A stretch of 64,000 bases of DNA from the IMG/VR virus record IMGVR_UViG_3300034198_017445, positions 10,335-74,334 of that record; one strand, written 5' to 3'. This document shows positions 29,733 to 38,815 of this stretch, in pieces. Numbering within the stretch: the stretch's first letter is position 1; every line of letters begins with the position of its first letter. Below the pieces are notes generated by a model. It was given only the letters and a program-made list of their open reading frames with translations. It was not told where the DNA came from and searched no databases. This DNA comes from a virus. Made by a program: the position numbers and the translations under genes.

Positions 29733-30041
29733 GTGAAGACTACTATTTTGATTGGCGTGTTGTTGGCAGCGGTTCGGATTTGGCTTGGGTTTAACATCGA
29801 GCCTGAATCGTTTCGCTGGGACCAAGTCTTCAAGGACGCGGCGCACTTGTTCATGGGTGGTCTTGCTGTCGCGTGGTGGTTCAATAGGTATGAGCTGACC
29901 GACGAAGACTGGGACGATACCGAGGACAACAGTGCTCTGTTTGAGGCGCTGACGTGGTGTCTTTTGCAACCGTGGCAATGGTGGTTGTTTTGGTCGCTTA
30001 ACGCGATTGAGGTTGCTGTCGCTGTCCTGAGTCGAATCTAG
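29733..30041 (+). CDS. Small membrane protein
   Basis: Hydrophobic segments; GAGG RBS. Confidence 0.55.
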   Translation: MKTTILIGVLLAAVRIWLGFNIEPESFRWDQVFKDAAHLFMGGLAVAWWFNRYELTDEDWDDTEDNSALFEALTWCLLQPWQWWLFWSLNAIEVAVAVLSRI

Positions 30042-30343
30042 CTTGCTCAGCGGCTTTGTTGCGGAGATGGGTCGGTTACGCATGCCTGCTCGGAGGCGTT
30101 GTTTCTGAGGCGATAGACGCGCGTTCGCTTCGTGCCTGTCCTGAGGCTTTGTATCTGGAATAGAAGCCGCTAGTGAACCTGCCTGGAGGTTTTGTTTCCT
30201 TGACGGAATTGAGTCTGGCTTATTGCCTATCAAGCGGCGTAATTGCTTGGAGTGCGATCCATTTGAGCCTGCCATGAGGCTTTGTTTCGTGGACAGGAAT
30301 TCAGCATGATACAATGCCTGCCTAGCGGCTTTGTTGCTGGGAT
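30041..30343 (+). CRISPR. Orphan structure-conserved CRISPR-like array B (7 units)
   Basis: 28-nt units at 30041, 30084, 30134, 30177, 30225, 30267, 30316; consensus GCCTG-N6-GGC-TTTGTT-N6'-NN; spacers 14-22 nt. Confidence 0.8.
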
Positions 30344-30374
30344 CATTCGAATCTAATACCAAGCGAGGCAGGTA

Positions 30375-30938
30375 ATGGCACGAGTAATTCGTTGGCGGTT
30401 TACGAAGGAGGCTGGTACCAATGGATCCAGTTTTAAGGCCGATGCCATAACCCAGGTGATGATCCCTCGGTTCCTGCGGTACTGGGATGTGGATTTCCAG
30501 CAGTTGACAACGATGGCAGGAACGCCACACGTCACGTTTCGGCTGACGACTCGGACGGTCAGTACGATGTGGACGAACGGTCCGGTGATCCATATAAACG
30601 CCAAGTTCAAATGGGGCACTTCGCTCGCGGCGCGTGAGCAAATGGGACTGTGCCTATGTCATGAGGTTGGTCACTGGTTGTCGCCATCGAATCCGATTCA
30701 CGCTGCCAGTGTTGGAAACGTCATGTTCGCTCAGGTTGGCGATCCGTACCTAAATTGGACGCTGGTCGACATGAAGTGGTTTGGCATGCTTCCGTGGCGA
30801 TCCACCTTACGTCCGTGGCACGAGAAAACGCACTGGTATCCCTTACCAAAGGTTGCAATGGGGCTGTCGGGGCATGAAGATCACGAGATTCTGGAGCCTA
30901 TCGTGCTTGGTTGCGGTAAGAATCATCGAAAAAATTGA
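30375..30938 (+). CDS. Zinc metallopeptidase (matrixin-like)
   Basis: CHEVGHWL....H followed by NVM Met-turn. Confidence 0.7.
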   Translation: MARVIRWRFTKEAGTNGSSFKADAITQVMIPRFLRYWDVDFQQLTTMAGTPHVTFRLTTRTVSTMWTNGPVIHINAKFKWGTSLAAREQMGLCLCHEVGHWLSPSNPIHAASVGNVMFAQVGDPYLNWTLVDMKWFGMLPWRSTLRPWHEKTHWYPLPKVAMGLSGHEDHEILEPIVLGCGKNHRKN

Positions 30939-31005
30939 GACGTTTTGGCGTTCGTCTCGGCTTAGTATGTGTGCTTGGTTCTGCTCTTACTTTTGGAGTT
31001 TCAAA

Positions 31006-31422
31006 GTGTCTCACGTTGCTACTGTCGATGTTGTCATCAAGGATCTGGATTGTCTTCAAAAGGCAGCGGAATCGCTTGGTCTTGTGTTCAATCGGGACGC
31101 GAAGACGTTCTACTCGTATCAGTCTGGGCTGACCTGCGATCACTCGCTGTCGGTCAAGGAAAAGCAAGCGAACCCGAATCGCCGACCGTATGAGATCGGA
31201 GTCGTGAAGGGAGAGGGTGGTTACTCCCTCCAATTCGATCCGTTCAACCATGGCTATGGCTTGTGTCCCTACATCGAGTCGGAACCTGCAAAGGGCGACG
31301 CTGGAAAACTGGTACAGGCTTACGCTCTGGAGGTTGCCAAGAAGCAGGCTCGGATGCAGGGTTTTTTGGTTCGCGAGGTTCGCGCTGCAAACGGTGCGGT
31401 GACATTGACGCTGTCGCGATAG
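31006..31422 (+). CDS. DUF1257 (Ycf35)-like protein
   Basis: MSHVATVDVVIKDLDCLQKAAESLG...YEIG...L.QAYA...ARMQGF. Confidence 0.75.
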   Translation: MSHVATVDVVIKDLDCLQKAAESLGLVFNRDAKTFYSYQSGLTCDHSLSVKEKQANPNRRPYEIGVVKGEGGYSLQFDPFNHGYGLCPYIESEPAKGDAGKLVQAYALEVAKKQARMQGFLVREVRAANGAVTLTLSR

Positions 31423-31477
31423 TTTCGCGGCGGTTGGTTTGGTTGGTTTCTGTCGGCATCAAATTGGAAATAAAATC

Positions 31478-31672
31478 ATGAGCGAACAAATCAAGATCGA
31501 GATAAGTCCTGTAGGCGCGGTGAAGGTGTCGGTTCAGGGCGTTGCTGGTTCCGGTTGCAAAGATCTAACCAAAGCGATTGAGGCGTCTCTGGGGGTCGTG
31601 ACTGAGGACACAAAAACGGGGGAATTTTACCAGACGGCAAAGGCTGGTCAGGTGGTTACCCAAGGAGGGTAG
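31478..31672 (+). CDS. DUF2997 family protein
   Basis: IEISPVGAVKVSVQGVAGSGCKDLTKAIEASLG...TGEFY. Confidence 0.85.
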   Translation: MSEQIKIEISPVGAVKVSVQGVAGSGCKDLTKAIEASLGVVTEDTKTGEFYQTAKAGQVVTQGG

Positions 31673-31673
31673 T

Positions 31674-31937
31674 GTGGCTGGAGATCAGTTTCGGGGTGAT
31701 CACTATTTTGAGGTCTATGCGCGTCGAAACATCGGGGGCGTGCGTAGCTCTGTGACCTGGGTTGTTAAGGTCCGGTCCATGGCGAGGTTCCAGGCTCATT
31801 GCCGGTGCTATCGTGATTCCGAGAAAATGCTGGAGCACTCTCCTGGCTGGCTTTTGGTCGTCACTGAAATTAATGAGACGACTTTCGATCGCATGCGGCT
31901 ATTAGGATATGGTCGCGAGTTTGAGTTCGTCGGTTAA
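31674..31937 (+). CDS. Hypothetical protein
   Basis: GGAGG RBS. Confidence 0.5.
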   Translation: MAGDQFRGDHYFEVYARRNIGGVRSSVTWVVKVRSMARFQAHCRCYRDSEKMLEHSPGWLLVVTEINETTFDRMRLLGYGREFEFVG

Positions 31938-31956
31938 CGGGAGCTGTGCTGTGGAA

Positions 31957-32190
31957 ATGCAAATTCGGTTTGGTGGTGACGGGGTGGTGACAGCGGTTTA
32001 CGCGGATGACCTGATGCCAGTCCTGAGTTCGATCGGCGGGACATCCATCGTTCGGGCTTCCAACGTGGAGCCCGTTGAGGGTGGCTGGGAGGTCGCCATA
32101 GTCGACGGTCCGAAGTTCGGTCCGATCGTGCGTCGCGATGATGCGATCGCTGCTGAGGTCCAATGGTTGCGTGATAACGGGAGAGCGTAA
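31957..32190 (+). CDS. Small conserved protein recalled as linked to DUF1257/DUF2997
   Basis: G....VY....RASNVEP..W....GP..GP..RR..A..AE..WL. Confidence 0.6.
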   Translation: MQIRFGGDGVVTAVYADDLMPVLSSIGGTSIVRASNVEPVEGGWEVAIVDGPKFGPIVRRDDAIAAEVQWLRDNGRA

Positions 32191-33002
32191 TGTTTCGGGA
32201 TGTTGTGTCACATATTGAAACGCATGAGCAGTATCATGCGAGGCGTGAGCTGTCGACTTCGATGGTCAAGGACTGGATTCATTCGCCAGAAATGTACCAT
32301 CGTCGGAACGTTCTCGGCATCAAGAAAAAAGCCACTGATCCTATGGATTTTGGTAATGCGGTGCACGAAGACCAGTTGTTGTCAATTTGGGAGCAGACTT
32401 ACATTGTCATTCCCAAGGAGGTACTGGCTACCAACGGTGCGCGTCGTGGTAACGCTTGGGATGCGTTCAAGGCAGCGAACGAAGGAAAGGTTTTACTCAA
32501 AGAGCAGGACGTTGCTGATTTGGTTGCTATTCGCGAATCGATCGCTGCAAACCCGGACGCGAGGTATCTCCTGGAGTCCGAGGGTCTGTCGGAAGTTTCC
32601 CTGGTTGGCTGGGCAGATCTTCCCGGCGAGGAGGGTGCTGGTACTCACTACCGTGGCAGGCTTGATCGTGTCATGCAGGCTGGTGAGCGTAGGATCGTTG
32701 ACCTGAAAACGACCGGCGACATGAGTCCACGGGCGATGCGGTACAAACCGTTGGATTCGTGCTGGGATATTTCCGGCATGGCTTACTCGAAAATGTGGGA
32801 GGCGATGACCGGCGAATTATTGCCGGTGGATTTTATCGTCGTCGAGACGTGCGAGCCGTATCGGGTTGAGGTATACTCACCTAGCAAAGCGACGCTTGCG
32901 ATGGCTTTGGATCGCTGGCTTGAGGCTGTTATCGGCATCCAGTCGGCTGTCGCAAATGGGTACTGGCATCGTGACGGTTACCCTGCGAGAATCATGTTTT
33001 AG
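32190..33002 (+). CDS. PD-(D/E)XK exonuclease VIII/RecE-like (DUF3799-like)
   Basis: YHA..ELSTS, MDFGNAVH, RGRLD, IVDLKTT. Confidence 0.85.
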   Translation: MFRDVVSHIETHEQYHARRELSTSMVKDWIHSPEMYHRRNVLGIKKKATDPMDFGNAVHEDQLLSIWEQTYIVIPKEVLATNGARRGNAWDAFKAANEGKVLLKEQDVADLVAIRESIAANPDARYLLESEGLSEVSLVGWADLPGEEGAGTHYRGRLDRVMQAGERRIVDLKTTGDMSPRAMRYKPLDSCWDISGMAYSKMWEAMTGELLPVDFIVVETCEPYRVEVYSPSKATLAMALDRWLEAVIGIQSAVANGYWHRDGYPARIMF

Positions 33003-33033
33003 TTTGTGATCTTGTTTTTCTGGGAGTGCTTGT

Positions 33034-33402
33034 ATGGCTGATGAAGTCAAAGATGAATCTGTTGTTTTGTCCGGCGCTGCTGGCGCTGCGTTGTCTTTCG
33101 AGAAGGTGCTTCGCGAAAACCTGGACACTCATGACGAAATGTTCTTGTCCGATGCGAAGCCGTTGCTTCTCGGGCATCGGTTTGTCGATGCGGTTGTCAA
33201 CGCTCTGAAAGCCTTGACTGGTCAAAGTCTCGCAAGTCTCAACAAGGAAGACGCTCTTGCTTTGGTTGCGAAAATGTACGACGAATACATTTCGAAGATC
33301 GATCTTCCCGGTCCGTTCGACAGTTTTATCCATCCGATGATCAAGAACATCGCCCTGGTTATGATCGGTCGTGTTTTCGACTCGTTGAAAAAACCGGCGT
33401 AG
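33034..33402 (+). CDS. Hypothetical protein
   Basis: GGGAG RBS. Confidence 0.6.
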   Translation: MADEVKDESVVLSGAAGAALSFEKVLRENLDTHDEMFLSDAKPLLLGHRFVDAVVNALKALTGQSLASLNKEDALALVAKMYDEYISKIDLPGPFDSFIHPMIKNIALVMIGRVFDSLKKPA

Positions 33403-33458
33403 TTCGCAGTACAATGATTCCGATGGCGATAAGCAGGTACGGACGACTTGCTTCGCTA

Positions 33459-33499
33459 GCGCACCTGGGTTACTCCCGTTTCCCAGGTGCGTTTTTTTT
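33459..33499 (+). terminator. Intrinsic terminator
   Basis: GCGCACCTGGG/CCCAGGTGCGT stem followed by T8. Confidence 0.8.
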
Positions 33500-33579
33500 G
33501 CGCTGGCGTGAGACGTTTTGGCGTTCGTCTCGGCTTATGTATTAGTGGTGTTCTGTTTTTCACGTTCTGGAGTCTGGCT

Positions 33580-34539
33580 ATGAGTGTTGTTGTCGAAAAC
33601 GGAGTTATGGTGTTCGAGGACGGCGCGTTGATGCAGACCGTCGATATCAATTTGCTATTGCAAGGGTTGCATGCGTTCCACGCTGAGTGTCCGAAAGTAT
33701 TCAAGTCGGAATGGAACAAACAGCTAAGTTCGTACTATGCGGATCTGGCTACGATCTTGGATACGATCAGTCCGTTTCTTGTGAAGTCTGGACTGGTGTT
33801 GACCCAGGCGGCGTTTGGTAACAATCTCGCGACGACTCTGTATCACACGTCCGGTCAGTGGATGCGAGTGACGACCAAGTTCGAGGTTCTTGATGCTGTG
33901 AGGTATCGCACGGGGGATAAAGGCGAGATCGATGTTCGCGGTGTCACTCCGCAGACCTACGGTTCTGCTCTGACCTATGCGCGTCGATACGCAGTGGGTT
34001 CGATCCTAAGTCTCACGATCGATTCGGATGACGACGGCAATGGTGGGCAGGGCGACGATCCGCGTCGACGCTACTCGGGAAATTCACCTGGAAGAACAAT
34101 GAACCAGAACTCTGCTCCGAAGGCTGGAAGTGCGAAGCCTGCGGACGCAAATCCAAAGATCGAAGTTCCAAAGGCTGACGTTGCTCCTGCGAAGATTGAG
34201 CCGTTGTCGAACGCGAAGATTTCCGAGATCGTGACTCGAATCGGCGAAAGCACTCTGGAGAAGATGCCTGCATGCGAGGCTGCGTTGACGAGGTACGGTT
34301 CATCATCGTCTATCACCAAGGCGTTGTGGGGGGATTTGATCGATGTTTTATTGGGTCGCTGGATATCCTTGGAGTCTGTCGATGGTGTTGAGGCTTTGCG
34401 TGCAAAAGTGACCGCCTACGGTGGTCGTAGTTTGCTTCCGAACGAAACAGTTGTACGGCTGATTGGTGCCATCGATGAGCGTATCGCGGTGAACCAGGAG
34501 CCACAAGAAAAGGTCGAGGGGTCATCCGATGGTCAGTGA
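33580..34539 (+). CDS. ERF-family ssDNA-annealing protein
   Basis: YADLATIL, TTLYHTSGQWM, QTYGSALTYARRYA, DDDG. Confidence 0.9.
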   Translation: MSVVVENGVMVFEDGALMQTVDINLLLQGLHAFHAECPKVFKSEWNKQLSSYYADLATILDTISPFLVKSGLVLTQAAFGNNLATTLYHTSGQWMRVTTKFEVLDAVRYRTGDKGEIDVRGVTPQTYGSALTYARRYAVGSILSLTIDSDDDGNGGQGDDPRRRYSGNSPGRTMNQNSAPKAGSAKPADANPKIEVPKADVAPAKIEPLSNAKISEIVTRIGESTLEKMPACEAALTRYGSSSSITKALWGDLIDVLLGRWISLESVDGVEALRAKVTAYGGRSLLPNETVVRLIGAIDERIAVNQEPQEKVEGSSDGQ

Positions 34540-35434
34540 TGAAAAAGAGAGAATTGTCCAGGTCGATATTGCGGATCTGGTTTTGGATCAAAGGCTTCAA
34601 GCGAGGGCCGAGGTTGACCGTGTTGTCATCGACGACTACAGCGAGGGGTGGAAGGACCAGGAAAAGTTCCCTCCGATTCGAATCATCGTCGTGGACGGAT
34701 CCAAGTACGTTGTCGACGGTTTTTTGCGGGTCATGTCTGCGTCGAACGCTGGCGTGATTTCAGTTCCAGCGGTCGTTAAGCCAGGAACGTGGGACGATGC
34801 GGTTGCTTTTGCGGTTGGAGCCAACGCGAAGCATGGCGCTAGAAGGTCGTCTGCTGACAAGCGAAAGGCTGTCACGATGGCTATCACTCAGTGGCCTGAT
34901 CGGAGCGATCGGCTGATTGCTGGGATGGTCAAAGTTTCTGTTCCGTTGGTTGGTTCGGTGCGGTCGAAGTTGGGGAAGAAAAGCCCATCAAAGCACAACG
35001 GCGTCGATGCAAAAAGGAAAGAAAAGGCGGAGCGAGCGAGCAGAAAAAAGGCTGCATCGGTTGTCAACGTTTCAGAGGCTGGCAGTTCGATCGTCTCGCT
35101 TGCTGATGTGGCGCACGTCACGAAATGCCCGGAGTGCAATTGTCCGGAGTTCGTGCTGGACGATGGTGGCAAAACCTGCAGTGCATGCTTGCGACCGGTG
35201 GTTCCTGGCGACGCTGCTACTCCACTTGATTCGGTTCCTGCTGTCGCTGCGGATCCTGTTGTCGAGGCTCCGACTGTCGATTCCGAGACTGGGTCCGGGA
35301 AGGTGAAAGGGATCAGCGGTACCAAGGCTGCGGCGCGTAAGTCGCTAGGCGAGTTGGTCCGTTTGTGTGATCGCATGAAGATTTACGAACAGGCTCGCGA
35401 GCATTTGAATGCTCTGTCTCAAATCATTGGATAG
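34529..35434 (+). CDS. ParB-like N-terminal domain protein
   Basis: FPPI....DGFLR, ANAKHGARRSSADKRKAV, then an HTH-like segment. Confidence 0.8.
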   Translation: MVSDEKERIVQVDIADLVLDQRLQARAEVDRVVIDDYSEGWKDQEKFPPIRIIVVDGSKYVVDGFLRVMSASNAGVISVPAVVKPGTWDDAVAFAVGANAKHGARRSSADKRKAVTMAITQWPDRSDRLIAGMVKVSVPLVGSVRSKLGKKSPSKHNGVDAKRKEKAERASRKKAASVVNVSEAGSSIVSLADVAHVTKCPECNCPEFVLDDGGKTCSACLRPVVPGDAATPLDSVPAVAADPVVEAPTVDSETGSGKVKGISGTKAAARKSLGELVRLCDRMKIYEQAREHLNALSQIIG

Positions 35435-35454
35435 TTTCAGGAGGGGGGTGGCTG

Positions 35455-37068
35455 GTGAGTGCGATCGATGCGTCAAAAAACTGGGATCACCAAAATCGGG
35501 CGAAGCATGAAACTGCCCAGGCTCGTGCTGAAGGATGCAAGTCATCGCTGGTGGTTGCTCCGTGCGGCGCTGGCAAGTCTCGGATCATGATGCAGCTTAC
35601 TCACGAGGAGGTTGCTCGTGGTGGTTCGGTCAGGATCTACGTCCATCGGACGATGCTTCGCGAGCAATTGTCTCGTGACTTTACGGCTGCGGGAATAAGC
35701 CACGGGTTGATGGCTGCGGGTGCTGAGGTCGACGAGTCGAAGCCTGTTCAGATTTGTATGGCTGATTCTGTTTACTCGCGTGCTATCGTGCGTTCCAAGT
35801 GGTCGCTTGGAAGTCCAAGTTTGGTGATGGTCGACGAGTCCCACAATCAAACCGGGAACACGTTACGATCGATTCTGTTCGGTGGCACCAACGCTGGAGG
35901 CTTTACTTGGCAAGGGCACATTCAAACTGGAGCTGATTGCATTGGTTTCACGGCTACTCCGGTCAACTGCGAAAAAATCTACGACCGAATCATTGAGTGC
36001 GGTTCGTACTCTGAGATGCGTCGGGTAGGGGCTCACAGTATGGTCCGGGTGTATTCTCCATCGGAGATTGACTGCGCTGGGTTGGCTCGAAATGCTGACT
36101 ATGAGTTTTCAAGTTCGGCGTTGTCTGATCGCGCGGTTCGCATCTTCGGAAACTGCTACGACTCGTGGAAGAAGTTAAATCCTGATTGCTATCCGTCGCT
36201 GCTGTACGCTCCCTCGGTTCAGTCGTCGCGTTGGTTTGCGGAGGAGTGGGCAAAGAAAGGCGTGATGGTCGCGCACATCGACGGTGAGACGTGCATGCTT
36301 CCGGTCCGTAAAAACGGCGAGGTTCATCTTGAAACTTACGAGTCGGACGAAGAAGCCAGAAAGCAACTTTTGGAAGGTTCGAAAAGTGGCGAGATTGCTC
36401 TGATTTGCAATCGGTTTGTGTTGCGAGAGGCGATCGATATGCCATGGATCCGTCACGGCATTGCGGCGACCGTGTTTGGTGGTATTTCATCCTACCTGCA
36501 GTCGGTTGGTCGGATCCAGCGGTTCAGTCCTGCGTATCCATACAAGGTCTGGCAATGTCACGGAGGTTCGTTCTTTCGGCATGGTAGCCCGAACGCAGAC
36601 CGCGACTGGGAGTTGGGTTGCACGAACAAGTCTTGCGCTCAGGGGCGTGCTGAAAAAATCGCGAAGTCTGAAAACCCGCAGGACGTCGAGGGTATCTGTT
36701 GTCCGAAGTGCTCCGTCTGGAGGCAGTATGGACCGCGATGCCCTGGCTGCGGTCATTCTCACAAGCTGTCGGTGCGCGTGGTGCAGCAGGTCAGCGGCGA
36801 GTTAAAGTTGATGCGTGGCGTCGTTAACAAGGTGAAAAGCAAAGCAAAGGCGAAAACTCCTGATAAAATATGGACGAGCGTTTTGTGGGGAAGTGCCAAG
36901 CGGGACCGTTCCGTTTCGTCGGCTGTGGCTTTGTATCGGGCTCGTTGTGCGAAGGAGGGGGTCTACTGCGACATCACCAAGTTGCGGTTTGCACCACCTG
37001 CTCCAAATTCATCCGATTGGCATCTCTCGGTACGAACGGTTTATCCATGGTTGGGTGGTGCTGGATGA
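35455..37068 (+). CDS. SF2 DEAD/DEAH-box helicase with C-terminal Zn ribbon
   Basis: APCGAGKS, DESH, TATP, QSVGRIQR, CPKC..CPGC. Confidence 0.9.
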   Translation: MSAIDASKNWDHQNRAKHETAQARAEGCKSSLVVAPCGAGKSRIMMQLTHEEVARGGSVRIYVHRTMLREQLSRDFTAAGISHGLMAAGAEVDESKPVQICMADSVYSRAIVRSKWSLGSPSLVMVDESHNQTGNTLRSILFGGTNAGGFTWQGHIQTGADCIGFTATPVNCEKIYDRIIECGSYSEMRRVGAHSMVRVYSPSEIDCAGLARNADYEFSSSALSDRAVRIFGNCYDSWKKLNPDCYPSLLYAPSVQSSRWFAEEWAKKGVMVAHIDGETCMLPVRKNGEVHLETYESDEEARKQLLEGSKSGEIALICNRFVLREAIDMPWIRHGIAATVFGGISSYLQSVGRIQRFSPAYPYKVWQCHGGSFFRHGSPNADRDWELGCTNKSCAQGRAEKIAKSENPQDVEGICCPKCSVWRQYGPRCPGCGHSHKLSVRVVQQVSGELKLMRGVVNKVKSKAKAKTPDKIWTSVLWGSAKRDRSVSSAVALYRARCAKEGVYCDITKLRFAPPAPNSSDWHLSVRTVYPWLGGAG

Positions 37069-37349
37069 AAACTATGAAAAAGAACGATCGTGTCGAAAAT
37101 GCGTTGCGTGCCGTCGAAGCACGGGGGAGGATCGATATGGTGATCGGTGCGTTCGGGATGATCGAGGCGACTGAGGCGATCAAAGAAATCAAGCGTGATG
37201 CTGATTCGTCTCAAAAATCCATCGAGGCCGAGGAGGAAAGTTACCGCGCTGCGTTCTCGCGTTCGTTTGCTCATGCGATCGACGCGTGCTTGGCTGCTGA
37301 CGACTTTCGGACGGTCGAGGAGATGCGTCGTGCCTGTCTGGGAGAATGA
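37065..37349 (+). CDS. Hypothetical protein
   Basis: ATGA coupling. Confidence 0.55.
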   Translation: MKTMKKNDRVENALRAVEARGRIDMVIGAFGMIEATEAIKEIKRDADSSQKSIEAEEESYRAAFSRSFAHAIDACLAADDFRTVEEMRRACLGE

Positions 37350-37746
37350 CGACTACGATCCGTTGCGTTACTACGATGATATCCGGCGTGAGATTCGGTC
37401 ATGCTGGTACTGCAATGCTGAGCGTGCTCCTGTATGGTGGTATGCTCCCTGGCTGATCGAGCGTGCTCACATCGTCAACAAACCGCGTAGGACCGATCGG
37501 CGAGTGGTTGTGATGCTTTGCTCGACTTGCCATAAGCGATCGCACGGCGAGCGATTCTCGGGGGTTGATTGGCCTATTTTGTCAGTTGCGAATATGTTGT
37601 GGCTGAAACTCAATCTCGATCCTGATTGGTGGGATCCTGCGTTCCTGCAGAAGCAATCGATTCGCCGTTTGCCCGAGCCCGAGATGCCTGCAAAGTTCCA
37701 GTTGCAAATCCCAGGAGGGGACGTCCGTGGGAAACCTAATAAGTGA
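37330..37746 (+). CDS. HNH-like nuclease
   Basis: CWYC...ERAHI...LCSTCHKRSH; start uncertain. Confidence 0.6.
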   Translation: MPVWENDDYDPLRYYDDIRREIRSCWYCNAERAPVWWYAPWLIERAHIVNKPRRTDRRVVVMLCSTCHKRSHGERFSGVDWPILSVANMLWLKLNLDPDWWDPAFLQKQSIRRLPEPEMPAKFQLQIPGGDVRGKPNK

Positions 37747-38161
37747 TCTAGATCGTCCTGGTCGCGAGTTCTCGATTCGGCTTCCGTGGCCTGACCGCAG
37801 GCTGCATGCGCAGACTCGGGGGAGTCGCTGGAAGAAAATATCGGCGACCACGGCTGCTCGCGAGGCGGCGTTCATGCTCGGGCAAGCCGAAAAGCAAAAG
37901 GCGACGGTGCGGCTTCCCATCGAAGTGTGCGAGGTGTCGTATCTGTTCGTCATGCCGTCCAAAACGCGGAGAGACGTTGCAAACCTGATCCAGTCCTGCA
38001 AGCCTTTTATCGACGGGCTGGTTGATGCTGGCATTGTTTCCGGGGATGATTGGACAAAAATGCGGATCGCTGGCGCTGATGCGATTGTGGCTAAATCGCG
38101 GCATTCTGCGGGGGTGGTCATAAAATTCGAAGAATTATTGCCGTGGTGCGCCTCAGATTGA
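37727..38161 (+). CDS. RusA-like Holliday junction resolvase
   Basis: RRDVANLIQSCKPFIDGLVDAGIVSGDD. Confidence 0.8.
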   Translation: MGNLISDLDRPGREFSIRLPWPDRRLHAQTRGSRWKKISATTAAREAAFMLGQAEKQKATVRLPIEVCEVSYLFVMPSKTRRDVANLIQSCKPFIDGLVDAGIVSGDDWTKMRIAGADAIVAKSRHSAGVVIKFEELLPWCASD

Positions 38162-38255
38162 GGTTGCTTTGGCCGATAAGTGTATGTACATTAAGTGCAT
38201 CGATCGACGGGGTTGTCGGTCAGGTTCGGTGGGTTGGAAAACGGGAGATCTGGCA

Positions 38256-38756
38256 ATGGCTGCATCATTTGAAGTCGATGTTTTGGATGTGGATTTTGAT
38301 GCTGTGCGTCGCGCTGCGGCGTTCAGCTTGCGAACGAACCAAGGAGTGTGCTCGTTTGCGGACGCGGATGACGTTGCTCAGGAAACTGCGATTGCGGTGA
38401 TGAACGGCTATGTGAGCGTTCAGTGGAAAAGCCGGAACATCGCTAGGAATTTGCGAAGCAAAGAAAAGCTGGCGAAGAAGCGTGAGATGGGCGCTGCTGT
38501 GCGTCGATCCGAGTCGGCTAGCGATGTCGATCCGTTGTCGCAGTTGATTGCTCTTGAGAACGATTCCATGGTCTGGTCGGTTGTAGAAAAGCTCCCTACT
38601 TTTCATTGTTGGGTGATCATGGCTCGGTATCGCGATGGGATGACTATCAGCGAATGCGTGGACGCGAGTGGGTGGTGCCGTGGAAAGGTTACGCGAGCCA
38701 TTGCCGAGGCTTTGGTGATGCTGCGGGATGAATTGGCAGACTTTGTCGCCGAGTAG
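38256..38756 (+). CDS. ECF-like sigma-70 family factor
   Basis: Region 2 DADDVAQET; region 4 LP....VIMARYRDGMTISE....G...GKV...I..AL..LR. Confidence 0.75.
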   Translation: MAASFEVDVLDVDFDAVRRAAAFSLRTNQGVCSFADADDVAQETAIAVMNGYVSVQWKSRNIARNLRSKEKLAKKREMGAAVRRSESASDVDPLSQLIALENDSMVWSVVEKLPTFHCWVIMARYRDGMTISECVDASGWCRGKVTRAIAEALVMLRDELADFVAE

Positions 38757-38815
38757 CGTGGTGGTTGCTACAATCCAAGGCATCTAATTTTGGGTGCCTG
38801 AACGGGAGAAGTAGC

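Noticed and set aside
29580-30641. 353-aa minus-strand ORF spanning array B
   Set aside because: Antisense to well-supported + strand genes, with no recognisable domain
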